Below, in pieces: positions 1 to 10,565 of a stretch of DNA of 64,000 nucleotides; positions within the stretch are counted from its first letter, which is position 1; the number at the start of each line of letters is the position of its first letter. The DNA lies in assembly GCA_963826535.1 (NCBI GenBank), contig CAWGXL010000010.1, forward strand, positions 362,814 through 426,813. Reading direction: 5' to 3'. A program made the position numbers and the translations under genes. The DNA is from an uncultured bacterium. GTDB lineage: Bacteria; Patescibacteriota; Microgenomatia; Levybacterales; UBA12049. Below the pieces are notes generated by a model, which saw only the letters and a list, made by a program, of their open reading frames with translations, searched no databases and was not told where the DNA came from.

Positions 1-774
1 ATCTCAATTTTTGCCTTTATACTCATTGGCTCATCAATTATCGTAAATTATTTGGAATCAAGATTGGAAGTTGTAGCTTTTTTCAATGATGATGCCAAAC
101 AGTCTGATATTAACGCGCTTGAAAATAATCTCAAACAAACCGGAAAAATTGCCAATATGAAATTTGTCTCCAAAAAAGATGCACTGGCAAAATATAAACT
201 ACAGAACAAGGACGACCCTGTTCTTCTTGAATTAGTAACCGAAGACATATTGCCTGCCTCACTGGAAATTTCAACCACTAAAATTCAGGACCTTCCGGGT
301 ATTGCTCATGAGCTAAAAAGCTCTTCGTTAGTTTCCCTTGTAAGATATCCTCAAGACGTAGTTGCTACACTATCCAAATGGACAAATGCAATTAAAATTA
401 TAGGTTTAGGCTTGATCGCTATTTTGATAGCAGAATCAGTATTTATAATTATAAGTATAGTAGGGTTCAAAATTTCCCAAAAACGGGAAGAGATTGAAAT
501 AATGCGCCTTTTAAGCGCTAGTAATTCATATATAAGATGGCCATTCATATTAGAAGGTATTTTCTATGGCATTATTGGAACTATACTTGGATGGGGTGTG
601 GCTGTAGCATCTCTTTTATACGCGACTCCATATCTACAACCATTCTTGAAAGACATTCCCTTATTTCCCATCTCAACCATATTTATACTTAAATTACTCA
701 TAGGCGAATTGTTCGTGGCAGTAATGATTGGTATGTTTGCCAGCTCAGTCGCGGTTCTCCGCTACCTAAAATAA
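1..774 (+). CDS. ftsX: Cell-division permease FtsX, 5'-truncated at the window edge (open frame from position 1)
   Basis: Open reading frame continues from base 1; four C-terminal TM helices; FtsX-like layout (extracellular domain followed by a TM bundle). Confidence 0.75.
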   Translation: MSIFAFILIGSSIIVNYLESRLEVVAFFNDDAKQSDINALENNLKQTGKIANMKFVSKKDALAKYKLQNKDDPVLLELVTEDILPASLEISTTKIQDLPGIAHELKSSSLVSLVRYPQDVVATLSKWTNAIKIIGLGLIAILIAESVFIIISIVGFKISQKREEIEIMRLLSASNSYIRWPFILEGIFYGIIGTILGWGVAVASLLYATPYLQPFLKDIPLFPISTIFILKLLIGELFVAVMIGMFASSVAVLRYLK

Positions 775-952
775 TTCGCGTTTAAGAAGGAAAGTTTGTA
801 AATCCCGCGCGACGGACAACGATCCTAGTCCTTTACGGGAACTCGGGAACCTAATAATAAATAATATTTCCCTTTTCTATTTACATAAGGTAGAATTTAA
901 TTATACCTTTGGATTCCCACATACACGGGGATGACAATTGTTAATTATATTT

Positions 953-2221
953 ATGAATATAAAAAGAAATACTATTTTGTTTTTCATAATTCTAGGTTTA
1001 AATTTTAGTTTACTTAATCCTTCTATAATATTTGCTGAGGAACCATCTTCAACTCCAGACCCCAACATAACCCTTACGCCAACTCCCGTTGATTCACAAG
1101 ATAAAGAAAACCAGTTAAAAGAACTTAATGACAAAATCCGTGATCTCGAACAGAAAATAAGCGAACTTAATAAACAAGAAGACTCGCTATCGTCACAAAT
1201 TGATGTAATGGACAATCAAATCCAATTAACAGAATACCGGATTAATGCCGTTAAAGAGCAAATTAACGAAACTACATTAGATATCGATATTGCCGGTAAG
1301 AGAATAAAAAACTTAGAAGGATCATTACATGACGTAACAAAAGTATTGCTCACCAGAATAAAAGCAACTTATCAGGCGGGAGAAATAGAACCTCTTCGTA
1401 TTCTTCTCGCGTCAAGTAATTTACGCGAATTTCTTTCCCGCGAGAGTTACTTAAGAATAGTCCAAGAGCATGATAAAGAATTACTCTACAATACACAACA
1501 AGCCAAAATCGATTACGCAAATCAAAAGAATCTAATGGAAGGCAAAAAGAAGAAAATTGTAGCATTGCAGTCCCAACTAGAAGGGTATACACAGGAACTC
1601 GATAAGGAAAAAGAAGACAAACAAGAGCTTCTCCAAATAACGCAAAATGACGAGAAGAATTATCAAAGCATGTTATCCGAAGCACGTAAACAAGTAGCTT
1701 CATTTAAGTCATTTGCCGCCTCGAGAGTGGGAACCGGAGGATCAATATTGCCAGCCCAGGCTAGCCCCGACGGATGGTATTATAACCAACGCGATGAACG
1801 TTGGGGAAGAAATTTGATAGGCTCGTCATCAGATCAAATATGGGAAGTAGGTTGCTTGCTTACCTCAGTTGCTATGGTGTTAAAGAAACATGGTGAGGAT
1901 GTAACTCCTGCAAATATTGCCTCTATTACAAGCTATTATGCATTTTCCACTGCAGGTATGAGGATTCCTTGGGGAGGAGGCAAATTCACTTCGATTTGGC
2001 AGCGTGATTTTGGTGCAATTGACAGCAAGCTCGCAGCAGGTGAGCCGGTTATTATAGGCGTCAATGTAAATACAAATAGTGTTGGCACTCATTTTATAGT
2101 CTTGAAAAGCGGATCAAACGGTGACTATATTATGAATGACCCCTGGTACGGTCCAGATCTCAACTTCTCAGATTATTATTCGACCGGTCAAATATTCCAA
2201 TATGGGTTCTATCAGGGATAA
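953..2221 (+). CDS. Secreted PcsB-like cell-wall hydrolase: signal peptide, long coiled-coil, C-terminal papain-like Cys peptidase domain (peptidase C39-like/CHAP-like)
   Basis: N-terminal signal peptide (ATG at 953 preferred over TTG at 938). Heptad-rich KELNDKIRDLEQKISELNKQ region. C-terminal GWYYNQRDERWG...VGCLLTSVAMVL...GTHFIVL with Cys/His spacing typical of C39-like amidases. Confidence 0.6.
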   Translation: MNIKRNTILFFIILGLNFSLLNPSIIFAEEPSSTPDPNITLTPTPVDSQDKENQLKELNDKIRDLEQKISELNKQEDSLSSQIDVMDNQIQLTEYRINAVKEQINETTLDIDIAGKRIKNLEGSLHDVTKVLLTRIKATYQAGEIEPLRILLASSNLREFLSRESYLRIVQEHDKELLYNTQQAKIDYANQKNLMEGKKKKIVALQSQLEGYTQELDKEKEDKQELLQITQNDEKNYQSMLSEARKQVASFKSFAASRVGTGGSILPAQASPDGWYYNQRDERWGRNLIGSSSDQIWEVGCLLTSVAMVLKKHGEDVTPANIASITSYYAFSTAGMRIPWGGGKFTSIWQRDFGAIDSKLAAGEPVIIGVNVNTNSVGTHFIVLKSGSNGDYIMNDPWYGPDLNFSDYYSTGQIFQYGFYQG

Positions 2222-2263
2222 AAAATACTTAAGTTTACATTATAATGATAAAATAGAAAATGA

Positions 2264-4039
2264 ATGAAACCGATCCTGCTTACAGGTTTGATATTTCTGC
2301 TATTAGCTTTTTCCACTAGCCAAATCGCTGCAGATGAAGGTTGGGTAATTGAGAGGTTCCAATCAGATATAACACTACAAAAATCCGGAGAGGCAAAAAT
2401 TATTGAGACGATCACCGTTGACTTTAACAATCTTTCCAAACATGGAATTTATCGCGATATCCCATATGTCTACGAATTATCCGGCGATAAAACTTATACC
2501 GAAATTTCCGTAAAGCAAATAATTCAAAATAACGAAAATGCAAAATATCAAATTTCGCGGGACGAAGATTATTTACGAATTAAAATCGGAGACCCCAACA
2601 TAACCATTTCAGGTAAAAACACTTACCAACTTGAATATATCGCCACAGGAATTCTCAGAGGTTACGAAGAATATGATGAATTCTATTGGAATGTCACAGG
2701 AAACAACTGGCCGGTACCCATCAATCTTGTAGACGTCACTTTCACGATACCCGAAGATGGTATTATGCGTATTGCTTGCTTCGAAGGATATACAAGCTCA
2801 ACTTCTCAATGTCGCAACACGCAAACTCTTAATACCGCACGCTTCAGTTCAACCAGAATACTTGACTCATCTGAAGGTATGACTGTAGTTGTTGGCTACA
2901 AGAAAAATCTCATACCTCTATTAACTGTTGAGAGACCCAAAACATTTCTTGAAAAATTTCTTTCCTGGCCATCACTTATGACGCTCGCTATTTCATTTAT
3001 ATTTGCTGTTGGTATGGTTATATCTCTCTGGTTTAAATATGGACGCGATTATTGGCTAGGTGAAAACCCCTTTGGAAAAAAGCTCGATACTGGCTCAATA
3101 AAGCCTATCGGTGGTCACGAAACAATAGTCGTAGAGTTTACTCCTCCGGACAAACTCAGTCCCGCGGAGATGGGTGTACTTATGGATGAGCGGGCACACA
3201 CTCATGATGTTGTCGCGACCATAATCGATTTAGCAGCGCGGGGTTATCTAACAATTACAGAAGTACCAAAAAAATGGTTATTTGGAAAAACAGATTATAT
3301 CCTAACCAAACAAAATATTGAAAAGCAAATCAAAAAAACATTACAATTATATGAAGAAAAACTTCTCAAAAAGTTATTTGTTAGTAGCGCTACAATTACA
3401 GTATCTGAATTGAAAACCACATTTTACCAAGAGCTAAAAGAAATTAAAGAAGAGCTTTATAAAGTTGTAGTTTCAAAACATCTTTTTCCTTCAAACCCGG
3501 ATAAAGTACGAACAAAATATATCATTATTGCCGTAGTAATTATCATTGCCGGAATTGCTGCCATGGCATTCAGTATCGAAAACGATCTAATTTTCCCGGC
3601 CGATTTTAGTGCGGGTATTATTAGCTCCGGGCTTATACTTTCAGTCGTCTCACAATTCATGCCGCGGAGAACAGCTTACGGAAGAAACTTGTACCGCCGG
3701 TCAAAGGGATATCTTCATTTTATCAAAAGCGCCGAGAAATACAGACAGCAATATTTTGAAAAAGAAAATCTTTTCAACCAAGTCCTTCCCTACGCGATTA
3801 TATTCGGACTAACAGAAAAATTTTCAAAAGCTATGCACGATATAGGAGTAAAAAATACTAATACGGGGTGGTTCGTTGGCACTCATCCGTTCCACTCCCA
3901 AACATTCGCCGCTAGTATGAATGATTTTTCAAAATCTATGTCTACAGCAATTGCAACAACTCCCAAAGGCAGTGGATTTTCCGCCGGTGGAGGATCCTCA
4001 GGCGGCGGCTTTGGCGGCGGCGGGGGAGGAAGTTGGTAA
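2264..4039 (+). CDS. DUF2207-family membrane protein (extracytoplasmic N-domain, TM region, Gly-rich C-terminal tail)
   Basis: Signal peptide, central TM helices, terminal GGGSSGGGFGGGGGGSW tail characteristic of DUF2207 proteins. Confidence 0.55.
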   Translation: MKPILLTGLIFLLLAFSTSQIAADEGWVIERFQSDITLQKSGEAKIIETITVDFNNLSKHGIYRDIPYVYELSGDKTYTEISVKQIIQNNENAKYQISRDEDYLRIKIGDPNITISGKNTYQLEYIATGILRGYEEYDEFYWNVTGNNWPVPINLVDVTFTIPEDGIMRIACFEGYTSSTSQCRNTQTLNTARFSSTRILDSSEGMTVVVGYKKNLIPLLTVERPKTFLEKFLSWPSLMTLAISFIFAVGMVISLWFKYGRDYWLGENPFGKKLDTGSIKPIGGHETIVVEFTPPDKLSPAEMGVLMDERAHTHDVVATIIDLAARGYLTITEVPKKWLFGKTDYILTKQNIEKQIKKTLQLYEEKLLKKLFVSSATITVSELKTTFYQELKEIKEELYKVVVSKHLFPSNPDKVRTKYIIIAVVIIIAGIAAMAFSIENDLIFPADFSAGIISSGLILSVVSQFMPRRTAYGRNLYRRSKGYLHFIKSAEKYRQQYFEKENLFNQVLPYAIIFGLTEKFSKAMHDIGVKNTNTGWFVGTHPFHSQTFAASMNDFSKSMSTAIATTPKGSGFSAGGGSSGGGFGGGGGGSW

Positions 4040-4113
4040 ATCACAGCATATCGATTAACTGATAAAAAGAATAAACTGTAGATCTCTTTATATGTTATAA
4101 TAGAATTCAGAGT

Positions 4114-4830
4114 ATGTCAGCAGCACTTTCCATCAAACACCTCACCAAACATTATGGCAAAAATATTGCTGTAGATGATCTTTCCCTTGAAGTTAAAAAG
4201 GGGGAATTTTTTTCATTTCTCGGCCCAAATGGAGCCGGTAAAACAACTACCATTCATCTTACCACCGGTATCAGCCGTATGGAAAAAGGCACTATTAAAG
4301 TCTTCGGGTTCGATGTAGTAAAAGATTATCGTGAAGCCCGCAAGAAAATTGGACTCTCACCTCAAGAATTTAACACAGATTTTTTCGGAAAGGTTACAAA
4401 TATTTTAGACAACGTAGCAGGATTCTATGGAATGCCCGGCAGTGCAAGGAAAAAACGCATAGGAGAACTGCTAGAGCAATTTAACCTAAAAGACCATGCC
4501 AATAAACAATTTAACCAACTCTCAGGAGGACTAAAAAGACGTGTCATGCTTGCCCGGGCAATGGTTCATGACCCTGAACTTCTCATTCTCGATGAGCCAA
4601 CAGCCGGTGTTGATGTAAATTTACGTATAGAATTATGGCAACACCTAAGAGATCTCAACAAAGCCGGTAAAACAATTTTCCTTACTACACATTATCTCGA
4701 AGAAGTCGAAGCTTTAGCCAAACGTATAGCAATTATTAACAGAGGAAATATTGTCAAAATTGGAAACAAAAATGAATTTATGGGCAAAGGTAAAAAACTG
4801 GAAGCGACATACCTTAAACTAACACAATAA
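4114..4830 (+). CDS. ABC transporter ATP-binding protein
   Basis: Walker A GPNGAGKTT, signature LSGGLKRR, Walker B LLILDEPTAG. Confidence 0.9.
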   Translation: MSAALSIKHLTKHYGKNIAVDDLSLEVKKGEFFSFLGPNGAGKTTTIHLTTGISRMEKGTIKVFGFDVVKDYREARKKIGLSPQEFNTDFFGKVTNILDNVAGFYGMPGSARKKRIGELLEQFNLKDHANKQFNQLSGGLKRRVMLARAMVHDPELLILDEPTAGVDVNLRIELWQHLRDLNKAGKTIFLTTHYLEEVEALAKRIAIINRGNIVKIGNKNEFMGKGKKLEATYLKLTQ

Positions 4831-4844
4831 TTTAAATCTTAACT

Positions 4845-5606
4845 ATGAACTGGATCGGACTTAATACATTAGTCAAACAAGAAATACAACGCACATTACG
4901 CGTAGCAATTCAAACGCTCGTAACTCCCTGGATAAGCGCTGTACTCTTTATTTTTGTATTTGGATCCGTATTAGGAAGCAGAATTGACACTATTGAAGGG
5001 ATACGCTATATCCAATTTGTACTTCCGGGTATTCTTATGATGAACGTACTCACCTCAGCCTTCTCCCACTCATCTTCATCAGTATATTTCCAACGCTTTG
5101 TGCGAAATATTGAAGAGATGCTGGTCGCACCCTTATCACACGCAGAAATGATCTTTGGCTACCTTGCCGGAGCCGTTGCACGTGCCTTAATAGTGGGTAT
5201 TGGAATATTAATAATTGGCGTCGCTTTCAACGCGCTTACTTTATACAATGTACCACTATTTTTATTTTATATCATAGGTGTATCAATAATCTTCGGCCTT
5301 CTCGGTATCCTGATAGGCTTATGGTCAAGCAATTTTGAACAGCTTAATCTACTTAACACATTTATACTTATGCCGCTTTCATTTCTAGGGGGCATGTTCA
5401 ATTCAGTCCAAATGCTTCCTTCATTCCTACAACCCTACGCCTATTTCAACCCGCTTCTATACTTCAATGATGGCGTCCGCTATTCCATGACCGGCTTCTC
5501 AGAAACAAATATCGCCGTCGGTATGAGCATCATTGTCATTTCAATAATAATCCTTTTCGCACTTACCTGGCACCTCTTTACAATAGGTTGGAGATTAAGA
5601 ACTTAA
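4845..5606 (+). CDS. ABC-2 type transporter permease
   Basis: Six predicted TM helices; immediately downstream of the ABC ATPase; ABC-2 family layout. Confidence 0.75.
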   Translation: MNWIGLNTLVKQEIQRTLRVAIQTLVTPWISAVLFIFVFGSVLGSRIDTIEGIRYIQFVLPGILMMNVLTSAFSHSSSSVYFQRFVRNIEEMLVAPLSHAEMIFGYLAGAVARALIVGIGILIIGVAFNALTLYNVPLFLFYIIGVSIIFGLLGILIGLWSSNFEQLNLLNTFILMPLSFLGGMFNSVQMLPSFLQPYAYFNPLLYFNDGVRYSMTGFSETNIAVGMSIIVISIIILFALTWHLFTIGWRLRT

Positions 5607-5683
5607 TTCATTTACGCTCATTTCCCCCCTTCCCACTTTACTAAGAATCTAATATACTTTAATTAGACTTATGGTCTTTAATT

Positions 5684-6610
5684 ATGTATATTATACTTAG
5701 AACATTTTTAATTAGTTTGTTTTTATTATTTACTTGTCATTCATTCGTGTATGCAAAGCTTTATGTCAATGAGTTTTCTTCATTTACCTCAGATGATGAC
5801 TGGATAGAGCTACATAACACCGAGCCAAACTCAATATTACTTGAAAATTATTGTATACAAGACGATTCCTCAACTAACAAATTATTATTAGAAGGCACCA
5901 TAGCTACAGGTGAATTTATTTTATTTAATTGGACAAATAAACTTAACAAATCTGATGATGTAATTAAACTTTTTTTTAATTGCGATGAGAGCCAACCACC
6001 AATTGACCAAGTTACATATGGGAAATCCGAAAAAGATGTTGTTGCTCCCAGTGAAGGACAAACTGCAGGAAGAAAAACCGATGGGGGAGAAGAATGGACA
6101 ATTTTTGCCGAAGCCTCCGCAGGAAAACCAAATACGACCCCATTAGCACCAACCGAAACCCCTATTCCTACAAATACCCTCGCTCCTACACGCACCCCCA
6201 CTCCAACAAAGACTCCAACCCCAACGCCCACACCCAAAACTCCGATACCCACAAAAGTTCCAGCTCATACAAAAACCCCAACCCCAATTAAATTAGTGTC
6301 CACATTTAGACCCACAATCACTATTTTACCATCTCCTAAAATCAATACTATATCTATTACCAAATCCAAAACTATTAAAACCACAGTAAAACCTACTAGA
6401 AAATCATTACCTACAGCAATACTAGGTATTAGTTCAAAATCAGCAAAACTAAACCTCTCGCCACAAAAAAATAAATCCAAATCTCTAACAAAATCCGGTA
6501 CAGACACAAAATCACCGATTATTATTTTTTCTATTTCTATAGCAATATTATTAATATCCTGTGCTATACTATTTTTCATAAAAAGAAAAAAACTAAATCA
6601 GGAATCATGA
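5684..6610 (+). CDS. Surface-anchored lamin-tail-domain (LTD) protein with Pro/Thr-rich linker and C-terminal TM anchor
   Basis: Signal peptide; YVNEFSS...DDWIELHN...IQDDS LTD-like motif; TPTPTKTPTPTPTP repeats; hydrophobic C-terminal helix followed by KRKK. Confidence 0.55.
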   Translation: MYIILRTFLISLFLLFTCHSFVYAKLYVNEFSSFTSDDDWIELHNTEPNSILLENYCIQDDSSTNKLLLEGTIATGEFILFNWTNKLNKSDDVIKLFFNCDESQPPIDQVTYGKSEKDVVAPSEGQTAGRKTDGGEEWTIFAEASAGKPNTTPLAPTETPIPTNTLAPTRTPTPTKTPTPTPTPKTPIPTKVPAHTKTPTPIKLVSTFRPTITILPSPKINTISITKSKTIKTTVKPTRKSLPTAILGISSKSAKLNLSPQKNKSKSLTKSGTDTKSPIIIFSISIAILLISCAILFFIKRKKLNQES

Positions 6611-7047
6611 AAAAAACGATTATTACCAATTCATCTCAAGAGACACATAAACTGGGTGCCGATTTTGCCCGCAACATCAAAGGCATTGGTGTTCTTGCGC
6701 TCTATGGTGACCTTGGTAGTGGCAAAACAACTTTTATCCAGGGACTTGCAAAAGGCCTTGGTATTCAAAAAAATATTACTTCACCGACCTTTATAATTAT
6801 GAGATCATATAATATAAACCTCGATCATCAATCTTCAATCATCAACAATTTCTATCACATCGATTTATACAGAATAAAAAATGAAAAAGATACTCAGGAA
6901 CTTGGGTTAATCGAGCTTATGAAGGATTCACAAAACCTATTCGCCATCGAATGGCCGGAAAAAATAGAAAAATTATTACCAAGGATAACAAAAAGACTCT
7001 ATTTTAAATATATAGACGAAGACGTTCGAGAAATTAAAATAGTATAA
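6607..7047 (+). CDS. tsaE: tRNA threonylcarbamoyladenosine biosynthesis protein TsaE (YjeE)
   Basis: P-loop GDLGSGKTTF, ITSPTFIIM and HIDLYRI motifs typical of TsaE; ATGA overlap with the upstream gene. Confidence 0.8.
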   Translation: MKKTIITNSSQETHKLGADFARNIKGIGVLALYGDLGSGKTTFIQGLAKGLGIQKNITSPTFIIMRSYNINLDHQSSIINNFYHIDLYRIKNEKDTQELGLIELMKDSQNLFAIEWPEKIEKLLPRITKRLYFKYIDEDVREIKIV

Positions 7048-7085
7048 CTATCATTCCTTCTCCTTTTGAGAGAGGGAATTAACCA

Positions 7086-7667
7086 ATGAATAAAAATATA
7101 CAACAAGCAATAAAAATCTTAAACCAGGGTGGTATAATTATTTTTCCCACAGACACAGCCTTTGGTATCGGTTGCCGCATTGATAATGAAAAAGCAATAC
7201 AAAGATTATTCCAAATTCGCAAAAGACCTGAAAATCAAGCCACACCAGTATTAGTTGAAAATTTAAACATGGCCCGGCAATATCTTCTTCTTATTCAGGA
7301 TAAAGTAGTCGATAAATTAATAAATCGTTACTGGCCTGGAGCATTAACAATTATTTTACCTTGTAAGAAAGTAAAAATTCCCAATCTTGTTAGGGGAAAT
7401 AGTGACAACCTTGGCGTCCGCATGCCAAATCATCGAATTTCTCTTTCCATAATTCAAGCTGTCGGTGTTCCTATTCTTGGTCCATCTGCTAATTTACATG
7501 GCGAAAAAACACCTTACCAAAATGAGGATTTAGACAAAGCGCTAACTAAAAAAGTAGATTTTGTAGTTGAGGGAGTATGCACAATAAAACAAGAGTCAAC
7601 AGTAATAAATTGTTCAATAAACCCCTGGAAAATATTAAGACAGGGCGCTATAAAAATAAATATTTAA
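7086..7667 (+). CDS. tsaC: L-threonylcarbamoyladenylate synthase (TsaC/YrdC/Sua5 domain)
   Basis: IIFPTDTAFGIGC... YrdC-fold signature; 193 aa single-domain form. Confidence 0.8.
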   Translation: MNKNIQQAIKILNQGGIIIFPTDTAFGIGCRIDNEKAIQRLFQIRKRPENQATPVLVENLNMARQYLLLIQDKVVDKLINRYWPGALTIILPCKKVKIPNLVRGNSDNLGVRMPNHRISLSIIQAVGVPILGPSANLHGEKTPYQNEDLDKALTKKVDFVVEGVCTIKQESTVINCSINPWKILRQGAIKINI

Positions 7668-7676
7668 CTAAAAATT

Positions 7677-8006
7677 ATGAAAATTATACTTTTTATCGAC
7701 ACCTCAAACAACATAGAGATTAAAGTAGGTATAATCCGAAATGAAAAAAAATATATTAAACGTCACAAACTTAATAAACAAAAAGCTCAAGCTGTTTTAC
7801 TCATGATAGAAAAATGTTTAAAGGATCACAAATTAACAATTAAAGATATTACAAAAATTAATATAAATTCCGGTCCTGGCTCATTTACCGGAATTCGCGT
7901 CGGTTTGGCTGTTGCAAATACACTCGCATTTCTACTCAAAATCCCAATTAATAAAAATCCTCTAGGCAAAATGGCTGAGCCGGTTTACTCAAAATTTAGC
8001 CCTTGA
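7677..8006 (+). CDS. tsaB: TsaB (YeaZ)-like protein, short form (109 aa, N-terminal domain only)
   Basis: MKIILFIDTS...GPGSFTGIRVGLAVANTLAF matches the TsaB/Kae1 N-terminal motif; follows tsaE-tsaC. Confidence 0.65.
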   Translation: MKIILFIDTSNNIEIKVGIIRNEKKYIKRHKLNKQKAQAVLLMIEKCLKDHKLTIKDITKININSGPGSFTGIRVGLAVANTLAFLLKIPINKNPLGKMAEPVYSKFSP

Positions 8007-8076
8007 TACATTGATATCGAAGATGCCCCGAGGGGTACTCTTGATACTCCTGATACTTTTCTAATATACTAAATAC

Positions 8077-9024
8077 ATGAGAAAGTTTTTTCACCATCTT
8101 TTTTTCCCTCATGCCTCAAACAATCATCGTTCCAAAGTCCTTCATCTGGATAGTTTGTTAATTACCATAGCAATATTAATCTTTACTTCCTTTCTTTTAT
8201 CGTCCCTACAGAAAGAATACCCCGAGGTGTTAGGAATATCAAACAATATTACTCCGATCGATTTGTTAAACATAACCAACCAGATCCGTCAGAAAAATGG
8301 ACTTTCTCATCTCAAACTCGACTCGGAGCTATCCCAAGCCGCGTCAAACAAAGCATCAGACATGTTCGCAAAAAATTATTGGTCACATGTCGCACCGGAT
8401 GGAGTCACGCCTTGGATATTTATCAAAAATTCGGGTTATGACTATCTCTATGCAGGTGAAAATTTGGGCAGAGGATTTTCCGGTGCATCGGAAGTTGTTG
8501 ATGCCTGGATGGCTAGCCCGTCACATCGGGATAATATGTTGTCTCCCAATTACAATGATGTTGGATATGCGATCGCAACCGGAGCATTAACCGGAAACGA
8601 TACAGTATTAGTTGTAGAAATGTTTGGAAGTAGATATGGACCAAAACAGACTGCACTAGCAGTAACAGTTAACAATTCAAATACGCCGGCCACGGATACG
8701 TCATCCACCCCGGCAGCTTTAATTATTACAAATAGTACACCTCAGCCATCGCAAACGCTATCATCGCCGGGGCCGGAACCAACGCCATTCCCTATTAAGC
8801 AAGTTGCTGCTATACAACAACAACCGTTAATCGATAAAAATGATTTCACTAAAAATATTGCAATTATTATTTTAGTGCTTTTTATCGTAACTCTGGCAAT
8901 AGATGCGTTTATCATTGAAAAGAAAAAAATTATTAGAGTAGTATCGCATAATCTTGATCATATTATCTATCTAATAATCATTCTATTGACTATTATTGTT
9001 ATAGGAAGAGGATTAGTACTCTAA
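8077..9024 (+). CDS. CAP/SCP/PR-1 domain protein with N-terminal TM and C-terminal TM/Ser-Pro-rich linker
   Basis: YWSHVAPDG...AGENLG...WMASPSHRDNML...GYA CAP-domain motifs. Confidence 0.65.
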   Translation: MRKFFHHLFFPHASNNHRSKVLHLDSLLITIAILIFTSFLLSSLQKEYPEVLGISNNITPIDLLNITNQIRQKNGLSHLKLDSELSQAASNKASDMFAKNYWSHVAPDGVTPWIFIKNSGYDYLYAGENLGRGFSGASEVVDAWMASPSHRDNMLSPNYNDVGYAIATGALTGNDTVLVVEMFGSRYGPKQTALAVTVNNSNTPATDTSSTPAALIITNSTPQPSQTLSSPGPEPTPFPIKQVAAIQQQPLIDKNDFTKNIAIIILVLFIVTLAIDAFIIEKKKIIRVVSHNLDHIIYLIIILLTIIVIGRGLVL

Positions 9025-9281
9025 TGATACAACGATTACGAATACATCTAAAATATTACTTAGCACTGATTTTCCTGCAAATTGCAGGCTTCTTCATTCT
9101 TCTGTCACTCTCGGGTAACAGAGAGCTTCAAATCTCGGTTATTATCGGCTCGACTTTCGTATATGTAGGCTGGGCAATTCTCCATCAATACGTTGAGCAT
9201 AGCTTAACTACAAAAATAGTGGTAGAATATGTGTTATTCGGAGTTTTCGGATTAATAGTTTCATTAATATTCTTTAAATAG
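9024..9281 (+). CDS. Small integral membrane protein (3 TM), unknown function
   Basis: ATGA overlap with the upstream stop; hydrophobic helices. Confidence 0.4.
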   Translation: MIQRLRIHLKYYLALIFLQIAGFFILLSLSGNRELQISVIIGSTFVYVGWAILHQYVEHSLTTKIVVEYVLFGVFGLIVSLIFFK

Positions 9282-9339
9282 ATTATATGTGTTTTTTGTT
9301 ACATCATAAGTCATACGTCAAATAGCTTAATTCATATTT

Positions 9340-10077
9340 ATGAAAGGTATTATATTGGCTGGTGGTAAAGCAACAAGACTTCTTCCATTGACGAAGATCA
9401 CTTCAAAGCAATTATTGCCCATTTACAATAAACCAATGATATTTTATCCTCTAGAGACTCTACTTATTGCTGGAGTAAAAGATATCCTAATTATTATCTC
9501 CCCGGAATACTCCGGTCATTTTTTAAATCTTTTAGGATCAGGTAAAGAATTTAACGCAAATTTTACTTATGAAATTCAGGAAGAGCCACGAGGTCTTGCT
9601 GACGCATTTATAGTGGGAGAAAATTTTATTAAAGATGATAATGTAACTATGATTTTAGGAGATAATATTTTTGATTATAATTTTACTCAGGAGATAAAAA
9701 ATTTTCAAAGCGGAGGACATATTTTTGCGATTAAAGTCCCGGATCCTCAAAGATATGCCGTAGTTGAATTTGATGAAGCAGGAAAGGCTTTATCTATTGT
9801 TGAGAAGCCCCAAAATCCAAAAAGCGATTATGCTGTTCCCGGAATTTATATATTTGATAAAAGGGCATCAGAATTTGCAAAAAAAATAACTCCATCCGAG
9901 CGGGGAGAGTTGGAAATAACATCTCTTTATAACCAGTATCATACACTTAAAGAGTTGAAAGTCAGTGCACTTGATTGTATATGGGAAGATGCAGGGACCT
10001 TTGATAGTCTGATCCGGGCTGGTAATTTTATGTATGAAAAATTTAAGAAAGGGGGTAAGCAAAATGAGCAACACTAG
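9340..10077 (+). CDS. rmlA: Glucose-1-phosphate thymidylyltransferase-like sugar nucleotidyltransferase (RmlA, short form)
   Basis: MKGIILAGGKATRLLPLTKITSKQLLPI motif; sits in the rml cluster. Confidence 0.7.
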   Translation: MKGIILAGGKATRLLPLTKITSKQLLPIYNKPMIFYPLETLLIAGVKDILIIISPEYSGHFLNLLGSGKEFNANFTYEIQEEPRGLADAFIVGENFIKDDNVTMILGDNIFDYNFTQEIKNFQSGGHIFAIKVPDPQRYAVVEFDEAGKALSIVEKPQNPKSDYAVPGIYIFDKRASEFAKKITPSERGELEITSLYNQYHTLKELKVSALDCIWEDAGTFDSLIRAGNFMYEKFKKGGKQNEQH

Positions 10078-10507
10078 AATAGAGGATGCAAAAAAAGTTA
10101 TAACCTACGATCACGAAAAAAAAGAAAATGGCTGGCTTATAGAACTCTTTAAAGACAAAGAAACCGGTCTAAAAACCGAGGCCTATTTGACCTCTGCTCT
10201 TCCGGGAGCTTTCAAAGGCTATCATCTCCACCGGGTAAGAGCCGCCAGATATGTTTGTTTAAAAGGAAAAATTAAAATTACGACTTACGAAAGGGAAAAT
10301 AATGCGTGGGTTAAAGCAGAAAACGTTTTAGATGCATCAACACCCAAACGTTTATTTATTCCAAAAGACACAGCAACCGGACTTGAAAATATAGGTTCAG
10401 AAGAGGCTTGGCTGGTAAACTATCCCGACCCGCCATACGATCCCAGCTTAAAAGACGAACAAGTCGAATATACTAAAGAAGAATTAGAAAGTGGGATTGT
10501 CAAATAA
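10064..10507 (+). CDS. rmlC: dTDP-4-dehydrorhamnose 3,5-epimerase-like cupin (RmlC family, short)
   Basis: Good SD (AAGGGGG) before the ATG at 10064; GYHLH...R.....G.I and LFIPKDTATG...Y.D..YDP resemble RmlC motifs; rml neighbours. Confidence 0.55.
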   Translation: MSNTRIEDAKKVITYDHEKKENGWLIELFKDKETGLKTEAYLTSALPGAFKGYHLHRVRAARYVCLKGKIKITTYERENNAWVKAENVLDASTPKRLFIPKDTATGLENIGSEEAWLVNYPDPPYDPSLKDEQVEYTKEELESGIVK

Positions 10508-10565
10508 ATAAAATAACAATTGCTTGGCTCTTGTTTTCAACTAAAAATATGGTAAAATAACTTCC

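Noticed and set aside
5848-6252. 134-aa minus-strand ORF (GVG repeats)
   Set aside because: Antisense reading of the Pro/Thr-rich linker of the LTD protein.
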